DNA from: Botryllus schlosseri
Lineage: Eukaryota
Direction of reading: 5' to 3'
Length of the DNA: 64,000 nucleotides
Assembly (NCBI GenBank): GCA_051294905.1
Contig: CM119371.1
Span: forward strand, 2,668,001-2,732,000
Part shown: in pieces, positions 39,535 through 52,400 of the stretch
How positions within the stretch are numbered: position 1 is the stretch's first letter
Layout of the letters: each line of letters opens with the position of its first letter
The notes under the pieces: generated by a model
Told to the model about the DNA's origin: nothing
What the model saw: the letters and a program-made list of their open reading frames with translations, nothing else
Databases searched by the model: none
Translations under genes and position numbers: made by a program

Positions 39535-39639
39535 TTCCCAATCCAATTTTCCAGATAGCGATTCAATCCGACGATGTCGGAGAAGTGAACGCAGTGTTGT
39601 TGCTGAGAACTTATTGTAACGCAAATCCACTTCCTTCAC
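39535..39639 (-). CDS. LRR exon (105 nt, phase 0-0)
   Basis: ttccag|VKEVDLRYNKFSATTLRSLL...DWE|gtgag; matches LxxLxLxxNxL. Confidence 0.55.
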
Positions 39640-42600
39640 CTGGAATGATGAATGAAATATGAATACAATGTCTGCCAATATCATGTCAAACTAACAAAGC
39701 TTTGCACAGACTTATCCAGGGCATATTTTGGAAGCTGAGTATGTTCAACATCATTGCGATCTCCATAATAAAGGCAATTGACCCTAGGCTTAGCGCCACG
39801 GTCTTTTACTAATCCATTCAAACGGCATCAATCAATTCTAGGAATACACCGTACTCTATAAGTGAGATTACGATTTGATTTCAGTGAACGATGGCTAATT
39901 TTATTCACTTTCGCTTTCATTTTTGCGAGCGAGGCGGCCACAGTAGGATCAACTGTAATTTGTAATTGAGCTGCATGTAATTAATTATATTTTTTCATGT
40001 TATTTTAATTGTCGTTGAAGCATTTCTATTCTGTGTAATTGTAATTGTAATTTGATAAAAATTTACTAATTACAATTTCAATTGCATTGTTATTGAAACC
40101 TGACAATCACAACATAAAATAATTAGCCCATTAACATGGGTGTTCTATGCGTACCTCGTTAACTAATTCAGCCATACTAATCTGTTTCCCATAGGTCAAC
40201 TTCTGCTCCAACAGAAAACTTGGTGAATTACAATATAGGCTATTGAACCAAAAAAAATTCTAGTATTTCATAAATGGACGAAAAGCAAATAAACTCTTCT
40301 GTAACCTGTGCTGAATCATTTCCTACACCACGGCCAGTGTTTTTTTAAATCTCTTTCCAGTACTGAGGTATGCTGCAGCAATTGCAAAAAGAAATTCTAG
40401 TTTTCAACCAAGACTTCATCACGCTATAGATCACACATTTGTGGAGATGTTATCCCAGATTTACCTCCTATCTTAGCTTAATTTACTGGGGCGAGAACCT
40501 TTCCGCATACTTATGTTCATCAAATGCAGTCGAACAGTTTTGAGCAAGTGAATATGTAACTGTGAATCAAAATTTTGTACTTGGTAGTTATCAGGAGCTT
40601 CTTTACTCGTGCATATATTTTAATTTTACACACCTTATCGGTATCATCCTTATTGCCTTACCAATTACATCATTCACCTTACCCAGCTCTGAGTATTCGT
40701 TTGAGTACAATTCATTGACTGTCTTGTATCCTATTCGCTATTAGTCATTGCCAGTCGCTCGAACTTTTAATTGTTAGTAGTCGCTTACAAAAAAAATTTT
40801 TAATATTTTTGAGAGCTCATGACTAGGAATACTTTGAATACGTTAAAGTTTGTTTTTTCTAATTAAAGGGTATTCTACGTAGCACGAATCATGAATGAAA
40901 CATGTATACCTTGAGATTGTTGCTAAATACGTCGCTACAGTTGTCAAAGAGCACCTCTCTACCAAATCAGTCAGACTTTTACCAGTAATTGCAATTATAA
41001 TTGTACTTACATGTTTAACATTAATTGGAATTGTAGTCAGGGTTCTAAAGACTCGAGTCACGATTTTCTGATGACTCGACTTGACTCGAGTCATTTTCAA
41101 AAAATTCCGAAATGACTCGACTCAACTCGAGTCAATCTGTGCATTGACTCGAATTGGACTCGAGTCATTACGCATGACTGGAACCAAGCCATATGACTCG
41201 AGACTCAGACGGCCAAGATCGGCATTTCATTGTAATTTCAAAGAATAGTAAAGTGACCACACTATTGGGATTTCGTCTATTCCCAGTAAACACAGTACAG
41301 ACCAAAGATGTAGAAAAGCCGAGCCGATATAGTAGATATTAGATCTCGGCAGGTCGTAGAAAGGGGGATTTTGTGTCGACTCAATTCAATGTCTTTTCCA
41401 TGTCCTTCAATAATGTAAATATTATGCAGATGCTACAGCCTTTAAACATGGTGAGTAGAATGTAGATCCTACATTGAAAGAACATCCTGATATAATAACC
41501 TGTTTTCTACCACTGGGCATAACCTGATCACGGCTGCGTACACACACACACACCACATTATCTACTACATATTAATCACATTTGCGGTAATTTAATCCAA
41601 AACGAATTGGCAAGTAAATAATGCCGGTGTAAAAAATGAAACGAACGAAATTACTTGTAGGGCCAAGTAGCAATGAATGAAACTATGAGAACAGTCAGTA
41701 ATCAGAAGGTTTCATCGTCTGATGATGATATTCCCTCTGGCGTTTTCTTTTCAACACCCTGTAGAAATAAAATGAAAATGACGATTATTAGCTAAGACAT
41801 TCGTACTGCGAAAATGGCAAAGGTAGCGAGTAACGAATGACTCCTACATTTTTTTCACCCATACTTACTAAAATGGATTTGATTCTGGACTATTTCCACT
41901 CAAGTTTTCAAGTTTTTATTATTATATTTTTTATTATTATATGACTAGAGAACTGACTTCAATCGCCACTTCTACTTGATTATCAAGATCAACGATGACT
42001 ACTTCAGCAATCTTTGAAAACAGCCACTAACACAAAAAGAATTCTTGACTAAAATTTCTTCACATTCTGTCAAAAATGATCAATTCAACAATCCAAACGA
42101 ATCAGTTATTTGGCAGCTAGTTGGAGAGATACATACTCAAGTCTTAGAAAGTGGAATGATACTCTGCCTGGAAAGCTGAAGACCTAACAATATTGTGTAC
42201 AGAGAACAAAACATTTGAGTGGCGGCACTGGTATAGACATTAACAAATTATTAGAATTGACAGCAAGATAACCAGCAAGACATTAAAATGAGAATTAGTG
42301 CAGTTTCTTAGGCTGTAGTGATACTCAGCCAGTAATTGACCTAGCAGAGAGCAAATCGTTGTAAAAAAAGCGAGCGAAACCTCCGACAAATGATACCATA
42401 AAACATTAGAATCGACAGTCTTACTAGAAGCAGAATAACAATCATGAGGGGTTTAGAGAACAGAAGCCCGGGAAGTGACCATCGGAAATTACTGCATACT
42501 GGCCAAACAAATCCACGACCACTAACAAATGGTCTTTTAATAGTCAATGTTGATACCAAATGACACCACCCCTATTTCACCGGAACATTTAGCAAATACA

Positions 42601-43910
42601 GCGCTGGAGTCAACCTTATAAAGCGCTAACCAGACGCCCATTAGTTTTCCCACCTACTACTTCGCGCTTCGCGGATGGAAATACGCATTAAAGCGAATGG
42701 ACGCGACTTGTCACACTCTTGCTATTTCTGCTCTCTTTTTCTCTTCCTTCCTCTTGAGGAGAGAAACAGTCGGCCGCGTTTACGGATCGTGAATTCCCGG
42801 CTTAAGGGTGATTCTTCCTCCAATGGTCAGCAACTTGAAAATTGAGAACAATGTTGTTGCAAAATGCACGACAATTTGAAAGTTCCATCATTCTAATTAT
42901 TCCAGTTATGGCCGTGAATCGTTACAAGTGCGGTAACCATAAGAATTATTACTACACTTCAACTACAAATACAATATATTGTATAAAATAATTACTAATT
43001 CTTTTACGTTGATCGAGTCCCAAATGGATGAAATATGTCAAAGAATTTGCTAAATTTTTTTGTATAATTTGACAGATTCCGAAATCTTCTCAAAGTGCAC
43101 CTTTCAAAAATTTGATATCAAGACTCCCAACATTTTACAATTCGAAGTTGGATGGCTTGACCAATACAAGCGAACAGTTTGTATCGCAATTGACAATTAT
43201 GTAGAGAACGCTGCGAGACGTGTGAGTAGGCCTACCCTAAAACGTTTCTGACATGGACATTAGGGCTCTTTAAAAATGACTTTTTTTCTCAAATCGTTCT
43301 GGCTATTTGATAAAATTGTTAGGTTACCTAATTCAAGCCTACACACCAAATTTGGTTCAATTCCAACCAGTAGCCGCATTGCTACAGGAAAAGAAAGTTT
43401 CTATTTATTATATAAAAATAAATAGAAAAAATTTGAAAATTTTCTGTTCACCCCATGAAAGTGTTAGGTTATGTATAGAAACGATGTTCATCAAATTTGG
43501 TTCGATTCAAACAAGTGGAAGTGGAGTTATTGCCATCGAAAAATTCGGATTTTATTAAAATAGTATTTACGGTGGGCACCACTATAATAAATAATTAAAG
43601 AATTGTGTCACGCTGTCATACTGTTTTACGCAACCGTTGTTATGCACTGCATTGTTGCTGTGTTCTGGCTCCATTGATGTTATTTCTAAATTCGACATTA
43701 ATGCGTCATAACTCTCCATCTGGTTTTGAATTCAACTCTGTTTTGCTTCCTTTATCGTGCCGGTAGCTCTTTAATTGGCACGCGAAAAGTTCTTCGGGTT
43801 TCAATAACGTTTATCATGATGGTACTTTTGAAAGCGGTATTAAAATTTTGTAACACCAACCAGTTATTTAATTACTATTTATCTTCAAAGTAAATGCTCA
43901 TTGCATGAAG

Positions 43911-44391
43911 CAGGGTTGTAAGACTCGAGTCAGGATTTTCTGTTGACTCGACTTGACTCAGGTCATCTTCTCAAAGTACTGAAATGACTCGACTCATTGC
44001 GCATGACTTGAGACTCAGACGGCCAAGACCGACATTTCATGATTATTTCAAAGAATAGTACAGCAAATTGGGATTTCGTCTATCGATACTGGTATTTGAA
44101 AATGCGGCCAGAAACTGCTAAAAGTAGGGAAAATTCGTATATTATAAATGCGACCCACTCGATATCACAAAAAATATATAAAAAGTTGGTTTAACAAGAC
44201 TTAAATTGGAAACTGAGCAGCTAACACAATGACTCTGGCTCGAGTCATAATACCATAACTCGGACTCGGCCCTCTGCTCGCTGACTTGGACTCGGACTCG
44301 ACTCGGTGGTGAATTGAAAATGACTCGAGTCAAAACTATAAAAGTGAGATTGACTTGCGAGTCGGAGCCTTGTGACTTGGTTACAACCCTG
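43911..44391. mobile_element. hAT-type MITE (GACTCGAGTC family), complete copy
   Basis: CAGGGTTGTAA...TTACAACCCTG; TSD GCATGAAG/ACATGAAG. Confidence 0.85.
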
Positions 44392-45105
44392 ACATGAAGC
44401 CTCAATAGTTACATGAGTGGGGTGACTAGACAAAGAACACAGTGACATTTGCAGCATATCATGAATGTCTCTTACTATATGTGATCTTGTTCAAATGGAG
44501 GTTGATGAAAGCGTATTTCCCATTCTTTCCGACTCTGCTATAATTTCACCAGACTGGCAACCTTCTTCATGATGCTTTTTGCTGACTGACCAATATTGTC
44601 GCTGCCAACGGTACGAGTGCAAATGTCTGATATGTCAATATAGGAACAGAATTAGTTGACTGTTCATGACCGTCCACGTTCAGAGTTGCATCTCAAAGAT
44701 GCTAAAATAGGCCTAAATATAATCCAAGCAATACGATCGTCCACTTTGACTGACTGAATTTCTAAAAATAATAAACATAACACCTTGATAGCTTCCACAT
44801 CTTACGTTTATATATACCGTCTGCTATCGGCACAACAAAGTATTTAAAAATAACAAAACAGATTCAACATACCACATATCTTGCAAAGGCTTTTGCTTTC
44901 ATTCAATATGTCATCAAACTTCTTTAAATCCTCCTTCGTGGTGAGTGGCTTTGGAATTATTCTAGGATCAATTCTGATATCGTTTTATCATATACAATCT
45001 ATGGCGGAATAAAAGTTTCGGATAAGTTCTGAAACAAACACAATTTTCCACACAAAAGTCAATTGCCACACGAAATGCCAAATGCTACGGTCCCATTTTA
45101 CAAGG

Positions 45106-46230
45106 TATGGCGAGGTAACGTAGTGGTACGTTCCATTACAGCTAAACACCAATGAATTGCGGGTTCGAGCCTGACACGTCGACTCCATAATTCCTACCGA
45201 AGTGTTGGCCGTTTATCTAGGCTCCTCCTCGCCATCTGATCCGCATAGCCATGTCTTAAAAAGCCTAGGAGTGGGCCGTGCTATAAGTGGGCAGATGGTT
45301 GCCGATGAACTCGGCACTTGGTGAATTCGGCCCTCGGGAAATTTTGTAATGAAGTGTATTAACAGCTATTAATATGAATTATTAAACTAATAATAGTATT
45401 ATCAAGTGATTCGTCAATCTTGTAAGGAGGTCAGGGCATCCGTAGATCGTGCAGTCACGGCGTGATTAGATCACGGATTGCATAGCAGCGGGAAATAACG
45501 CAGCGCTCATATACCGACCACGCGCGGTCTGCTTGGAATCGATGGCGTGAGTGACGGGCCTGTGTCGTGTAAGTTTTGAGAAGATGGATCTTGGCGTTGT
45601 ATATGAGATCGAAACCGTGGAAGATCAGGCGGCGCTTGTTCGTTTATCGATCACGACAAGCCAGTGTTCCTCATCAACAAATGTTTCGCATGATCACGTC
45701 AAAATAAATTATTTTTTGCCTGTGGAGACGATTCCACTCTGGAGTTAGGGTGTCTCGATAACAGGGTTGACGGATCCCAAGATTACGAGATCTACCGCGA
45801 GCCACGACACGTTTAAATTTCCTTTTTAATACTGTTCATTCATATTAAATGCATTTCTAATGCGAAGGTGTTCTAGTGCCAATTCCACCAAGGGCCGAGT
45901 TCACCAAGTGAAGAGCGTCACGTTATTTCCCGCGATTACGCAATCTGTGATCTAATCACGCATTGACTGTGTGATCTACGCATGCCCTGACCCCCGTACA
46001 ACATTGACAACCACTCAAAGTGCCAAGTTCACCGGCAAACATTCCAGTAACCAATCATGGTGACCGGTACCGCTATTACGGCCGAATTCACCAAGTGCCG
46101 AGTTTGTGCGGCCGAATTCACTAAGTGCCGAGTTCACTGGTAATCGGGCAGATACGGAATGATAATAATAAGAACCGGCCAGGTGTAGTGTAGTCGAACC
46201 ACCACCATGAACACCACAAACAAACAAACA
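45106..46230 (+). mobile_element. tRNA-derived SINE split by a MITE insertion
   Basis: 5' part 45106-45296 (A and B boxes, body) and 3' part 46154-46230 with a (CAAA)n tail, colinear with 13178-13455. Confidence 0.85.
45297..46145. mobile_element. MITE of the same TIR family as 14163-14883, opposite orientation
   Basis: GGTTGCCGATG...CACTGGTAATC; perfect TSD GGGCAGAT (45289-45296 and 46146-46153). Confidence 0.9.
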
Positions 46231-49200
46231 TCTAACATGGAAAAGAAATTACCTTTACAGCCTTTGACAAACACAGTTATCATTGAAACCAGCAATTTAG
46301 GTCTTATTCGAAAGCAGAATATTAACTGTTTTAGCGGACATATCAAATCAAATGTTGGAAAAGTTCATGTAAATTAGCCCAAAATATTATCTTACTGTGA
46401 CCATATTCTATCAATATGGTCTGGCTAGCCAAATTCTCTGGGCCAACATAAATACAAGCTGCGTTTGGTTTCAACGAATAATAATCTTGTCACTGGATTC
46501 GAGGTATAATTGCACTCAAATATCAAATTTTGCTCCATTAATCAACATCAAGTTGAAAATGTCCATTCTTCCACCAACTTTTATAAAATCACGAATCAGT
46601 GTTCTACAGGTATGTATCTATATTGACTTATATACCTAGAAAATTCAAGCATAAATATTACCGTATGATATGCCGTAGGTATAGGTACCGGTAATTCAGA
46701 TGTTTGAAGCGACTTGGACAACTAGATAATTATAGTGGTCTAATTTCACTAAATTAGAGCGAAATGCCAGCAATATAAGTGTAATCTAATTCGGAAAAAA
46801 CGGTTTAGCTCTAATTCTAACCTGGAAAAGCTGAAACTTTTCTATAGTTGTCTACACCTGTTTTGCAGAAAGTCAAACAGCTCTAGGCGTCGTATACTAC
46901 AGGCAATTCGAAATACGCCATAAGCTATATGCTACTGCGTATATACCTTTAACCCGCTACCTCAGTCAGTCACAATTCCTATATATTTACGGCATTTACC
47001 ATACAGAAAGAGCGAACTATGCCTGGGTGCGACCTGTTGCGCGTCAAATCTTTGTCCGGCGCGATGACGTAAAATTTGAATCGCCGAAATATTCTATAAG
47101 TCACGCATCGATAATCATATTCCTGAACGTACAACATCTCACTTATTTAGTTATTCTCTGAATAAAACTATTAGCCATACTCCTTGAACATGCGAGATTA
47201 CCGAAAGAGCGAATATATATATAATGAAGATCATATATATCAGAAGAAAACAAAACTATTCGACCTTAGAGCAACAACACGAATATACAACACCGGTGAC
47301 ATCCTCACGCAATAAAACGAAGGGAGAACATTGTTTTCTAATGGATACAACGAAGCTACCGCATGAGATCGGACAAAACCGGATAGGAATTCATCGTGAT
47401 TGAATGTACCGACAAAGTCATCCTTTCTACGTATTTTAGTCATACCCGCGAGAGATAGAAAATTTGCATTATTAGGTTAACTACCGGATATAACGAAGCC
47501 TAATGCATGAGATGGGACAACACTGAGTATGAATTTATTCTGATTGAATATAACCACAAGACCATCCTACTACGTATTTTAGACATTCCCTCGACACTTG
47601 GAAAATCAGAACCTATTCGAGATGATCCCGGATGATCCTTTTACGGTTTTGTGTTTGCTGGGTTGGAACTAGTACTTAAAGATGCGACCAGAAACTGCTA
47701 CAAATGAGGAAAATTATTATATTATGAATGCGAACCATTCGATATCAACAAACTGGGTTATAATAAGTGGGTTACCAAGACTTTAACTGGAAGCTGAGCC
47801 GTCAACACAATGACTTGGACTCGAGTGATAACGCCTTGACTCGGACTCCACCCTCTGATCGCTGACTTGGACTCGGTGGTGAGTTGAAAATTACTCGACT
47901 TGACTCGAGTCAAAACTATGAAAATGAGATTAACTAGTTACTCGAAGCCTTCGTGACTAGGTTACAACCCTGATTGTAGTTGTAATTTGATATTGTTAGC
48001 ATAAAGTTATTTAATTAAAATGTAATGAAAACATGCAATAAAACAATTGTAATTAAAATTGAATTGAATTAATGTAATTGATCCGACTTTCGAGGTTGCC
48101 CTATATTAAAATTAATACACAGTGTACTAAATTGCGCGTAGCGCCAAGAAAAAAATTTCAGTAGCATAAATCTGTTATTATTGTTTATGTTTATTTGGAA
48201 AAGATTTTGAGCGTACTTCAGGCCATCAAAATTACGGACTTTGATGCATATATTAAAATTCCCTTCCAGACGCAACGTGAACAGTGAAATTCCGAACATG
48301 TCCCGTAAAATCCAGACGTATGGCAATCCTAATAACTTGAGAATTTCGGACAATCATCCGTGAGCGCATTTTTCCACAAGAGCAATGTTATTGTGATGCA
48401 ACGATGCGTTCGGATAATACCCACACCACACTGCGATGATCTAAATCAGTGGTGTGGAAGAAAACGAATGTTGAGTAATATTGATAGGCCAAATTATTCC
48501 CACTCTCGTGGCAAAATGTGCGCACTGAGTTCGCAGGTTTATGTAAAATGTATCGCGAAGTAGTTCTTTATAGAAGGGAAAACGCAATGCAAAATAGTTA
48601 TATACAGGTCACACGGAGATTAAAAAAATTACAAAATATGGGGTTCATATCTGTTTTCGCAGTGCTATGTCAGTTTTGAGTCAAACGGTCCCTGGCCCCC
48701 ACAGAAACCTGAAACTGGATTCAATATTGATGAACTAAATTCCAACGTCACCGTTTCCAGTTAAATCTATCTTATTCCTCACAACGTATAGTCAGTGCTA
48801 ACGCCAGATCAGGACTAAAACAATAAGGGAGCGTAGAAGCATACCAACTTATGACATCGTTAGGGCCACTGCTTCAGCGATTTATATATCTATTCAACTC
48901 GCAAATTATACTTTTGCCAAATCGATTGTTTGCGAATAAAAGCAAATAATGTAATAACATATTATTATGTACACCGGCTTCATGATTAAGTAGTACAGTG
49001 ACAAAAAAGGACATTGGAATTTGAATTAACATTTTGGAATAATTTGACTGGCTCGGTCCACAAACGATTTCAAGGTTTGAATCCGGCCAGCTACCAAAGT
49101 TGAGTTTGACACCCCTGATCTAAATCCTACCCTGATATCGAGATAATTTTATTCAGACGTCAGCACTAAATAGGAAATATGTCTGAAGATGGAAAAACTA

Positions 49201-49419
49201 GTATTCGATGCACGATGCGATTTTAGTTGACCGATAGACTACTGCTTTTTTCACTATTAGTATACTGTTGGAAGTCACGCTAGTTTTGATCGATGACCTT
49301 GAACTCGCATGTTGATTATACGGTCCATGGACATGGCACTCACTCGGGCCAGACATGGGACTTACAATATACCTCCCGAGCGACAAATAAATTCCATGGT
49401 GTTTTGTGCCTAAACTCAC

Positions 49420-52400
49420 GTGTATTCTTTTTTCCAGACATCCCGTAATTATCGACAAAAGCTCATAGTCGATGTTGCATTCGTACAACAGCAAGCTCTT
49501 CAGACTTTCACTCCTTGCTGCAAGTGATCCAACGATATGAGCCTCATCGCGACTCAATGAGATGCCAGCTGCATTGATATCGGAAATTTGTTTCATAAGA
49601 TCGCCGTCTCCTGATTCATAGATTGCTGTATAGAGTTCCATGCGAGCGTGCTTGTCCTCATTCTCCTTGAGTTGCGAACGAATCGATCTGGCGAGCAATC
49701 GTTTTTTCGGCGACCGATTTGAAACTGTTAGACAAATAATGCACCTCACTATATGATATTACATTCGATTAAAGAGAAATAGCAGTTTGCACAGAGGCAC
49801 AGCCAAGTGGTAGAATGGACGGCATATTTTCCCACAAATGTTTGACTCATACGCCTGTTTTCACAACTACACAATGATTCCTTGACGTATGTCATTGTAA
49901 TAAAATATAGAACCTAAAGTCGCATCGCTAAAATTTTCAATTACCCGTCTTTTTGGCTGCTTACGCGACTTAATGTATGCAGACCGACGTAATATGAAAC
50001 ATTTCTGAATGGATTGATCTCCTACTGTATTGTGACAATAGTGCTACTGAGCATAAATTCAATATGCTCGTTGGATCCGTGCCCACCATACTGTCATGCA
50101 TTTACGATTGATTTTTCTACGTTTAAATCCATCAAAATTATTTTGCAGCTTTGCAAAATAAATAAATTATTACACGCATCCTCAATAGGAAGAACAGCGA
50201 TTTGAAGCCAGTTGGAAAATTTGCATTACATCACAATATATTATGTATACATATTGATCGCATATGTTTTCTCTCCCATGCACTAGATTTCAAATTTCCA
50301 CCTGTTCAGCAAGATACTGCAGTCTGGCAATAGAGACTTGTTTATTTTTCACACTCATTAGAATATGTGTTGCATTCAAATATGTAGGAACGATCAAACT
50401 TTTAAGCATACTAGCGGCCATCCCGATTCTGTAACTACTTTGGTTCAATTCCATTTATCGAAAAGCCATAGAAGTAATGTTTAGCTCACTTTTCGAGACG
50501 GACATGTTCGAAGCACCGACATCGTCGCTGTGAGGCCATGAAAAATTTGAGCCTCTTTTTGATTTTGCACATATACCGGTATAACAAGACCAAGTCAAAT
50601 ATGACTAGCGATGCGCACAATGATTCGAGTATTGTAATCCGAATTGAGAAGGTCTAATCAAAGGGCACAAGAATTTTTAGGGTTCTTAAATTATATGCTT
50701 CTTTACACTGAAAGTTATACACTGTAAAAATAAAGGTGGATTTCGGGGTGGAATCAGGGTGGATATATTGTTTCCGCCTATGGTCGAGGGAGGGAGAATA
50801 GAATATACCTTCCGAAAGGTGATATCTTTCTTTCCACCCCTATTTGAGCGTGGATGATGAATCGACCTATGCGCGTGAGGTGCTTATACGGGATTGTTGT
50901 CGCGAAATTGAATGCATCTGCGCAAGGTGGCTGGTTAAACACACACATGAAGGCCGGAAGGACAGTGATATGGGATTGTGTTACATTCATATGTGATTTG
51001 TTACCCTCATACACAGAGACAGCGAGATAATACTTATAAGCCAACCGTGCAAATCAAGCACATAATCATCGAATGAAATCTCTCTCTCTCTCTTTATTGC
51101 GGGGAGCAGATATTTGTTCAATTTGAAAGTGTTGGAACCAACAATTATTCAATCGTCCGTTGATTGTACGCAGTACTAGTAGTTCGTCCGTTACTATAGA
51201 TAACTATGACCTGCCGTTACCGTATAGTTCGAAGTTTGTTGTTGCCACTGTTACGGTGTGAGTTACATGGTCTGTGATTTTGACTGTTACATCAGAATAA
51301 CACAGACGGCGAAAGAAATCGTCAGACTGATGCCTGCTTCTGATTGGTTGTTTAATTACTGAAAAGTTCGGGTGGTAAAAAATATGGCGGTGACAACATA
51401 TAGTTGTCTTCGACAGATTTTGTAGTAAGAGAAGCGAGATTTTGTGAGTCCATCGAGTATGCGAGAGGGAAATAGTTGGCTTTGGATTATGGATTGGCTT
51501 TGTCATGCATGCATTATAAATGCTTTATCGTGTTGGTCATACTTGCCCAGCCTATCAAGTCTATCAGCTGTAAAATTGGATCGTGCAATCACATTGCCAC
51601 GACATGCAACAGCTACAGAATGCATTTAAATTGACATCACATGACGGTGCAGGCTAGACGCCAGCCATTCATGAACATTTGCTAATCAATCTGTCTGTTT
51701 AGGTAGCCATGAAATTGTCAGTTAAGCTATCAAATTATTGTCGGCTGATTACTGTCGACGATGCTTCTGAGATAAGAAGTGGTGGTTTCGGAAATATACG
51801 AAGGTGAACTCCGTGAGCGTGACTTCAAAATCCAGTGTTATGACAGAAGATTTGGCCAGTATGTTGATCTGGAGAATGCGGATGTCGGAGATATTGACGT
51901 ATTCAAAGTGGACATTGCAATATGTGAAGTAATTGTAAGTAAGCACACACTGCATTCACATCATTTACTTGAAAATTACCAAGTTTTTCCAATGCCGTTA
52001 TTGTTCAAATGAGCTCTATAATTTATCATGCTGCTCAATGTTTCATCGCCAAGAAACGATCTGATATTGGTTCAGACGTTAACGCAACCACATATATCTG
52101 TGTTGCAGATCAATGTCTCCTTACTGATTTGCGGCCCGATTCATCTGTTTCTGTCCAATTGGATAGTAGTGCACGGTGAGTAAAAAATAATTGTTTTGTT
52201 TGATCAAAGTCACAAAAATTATGTTCCACTGAGTGATACAGACCTGGGCAACTAGGATTATCTCACTAAATTAGAGTGAAATGCCAGTAATCTAATTTTA
52301 TTTTAATTTGTGAAATGCTTCCATGCTCAAATTCTAGTTCTAATCTAATTTGGAAAAAGCTCTGTAGCTCTAATTCTAATTCTAATCTAATTTGGAAAAA

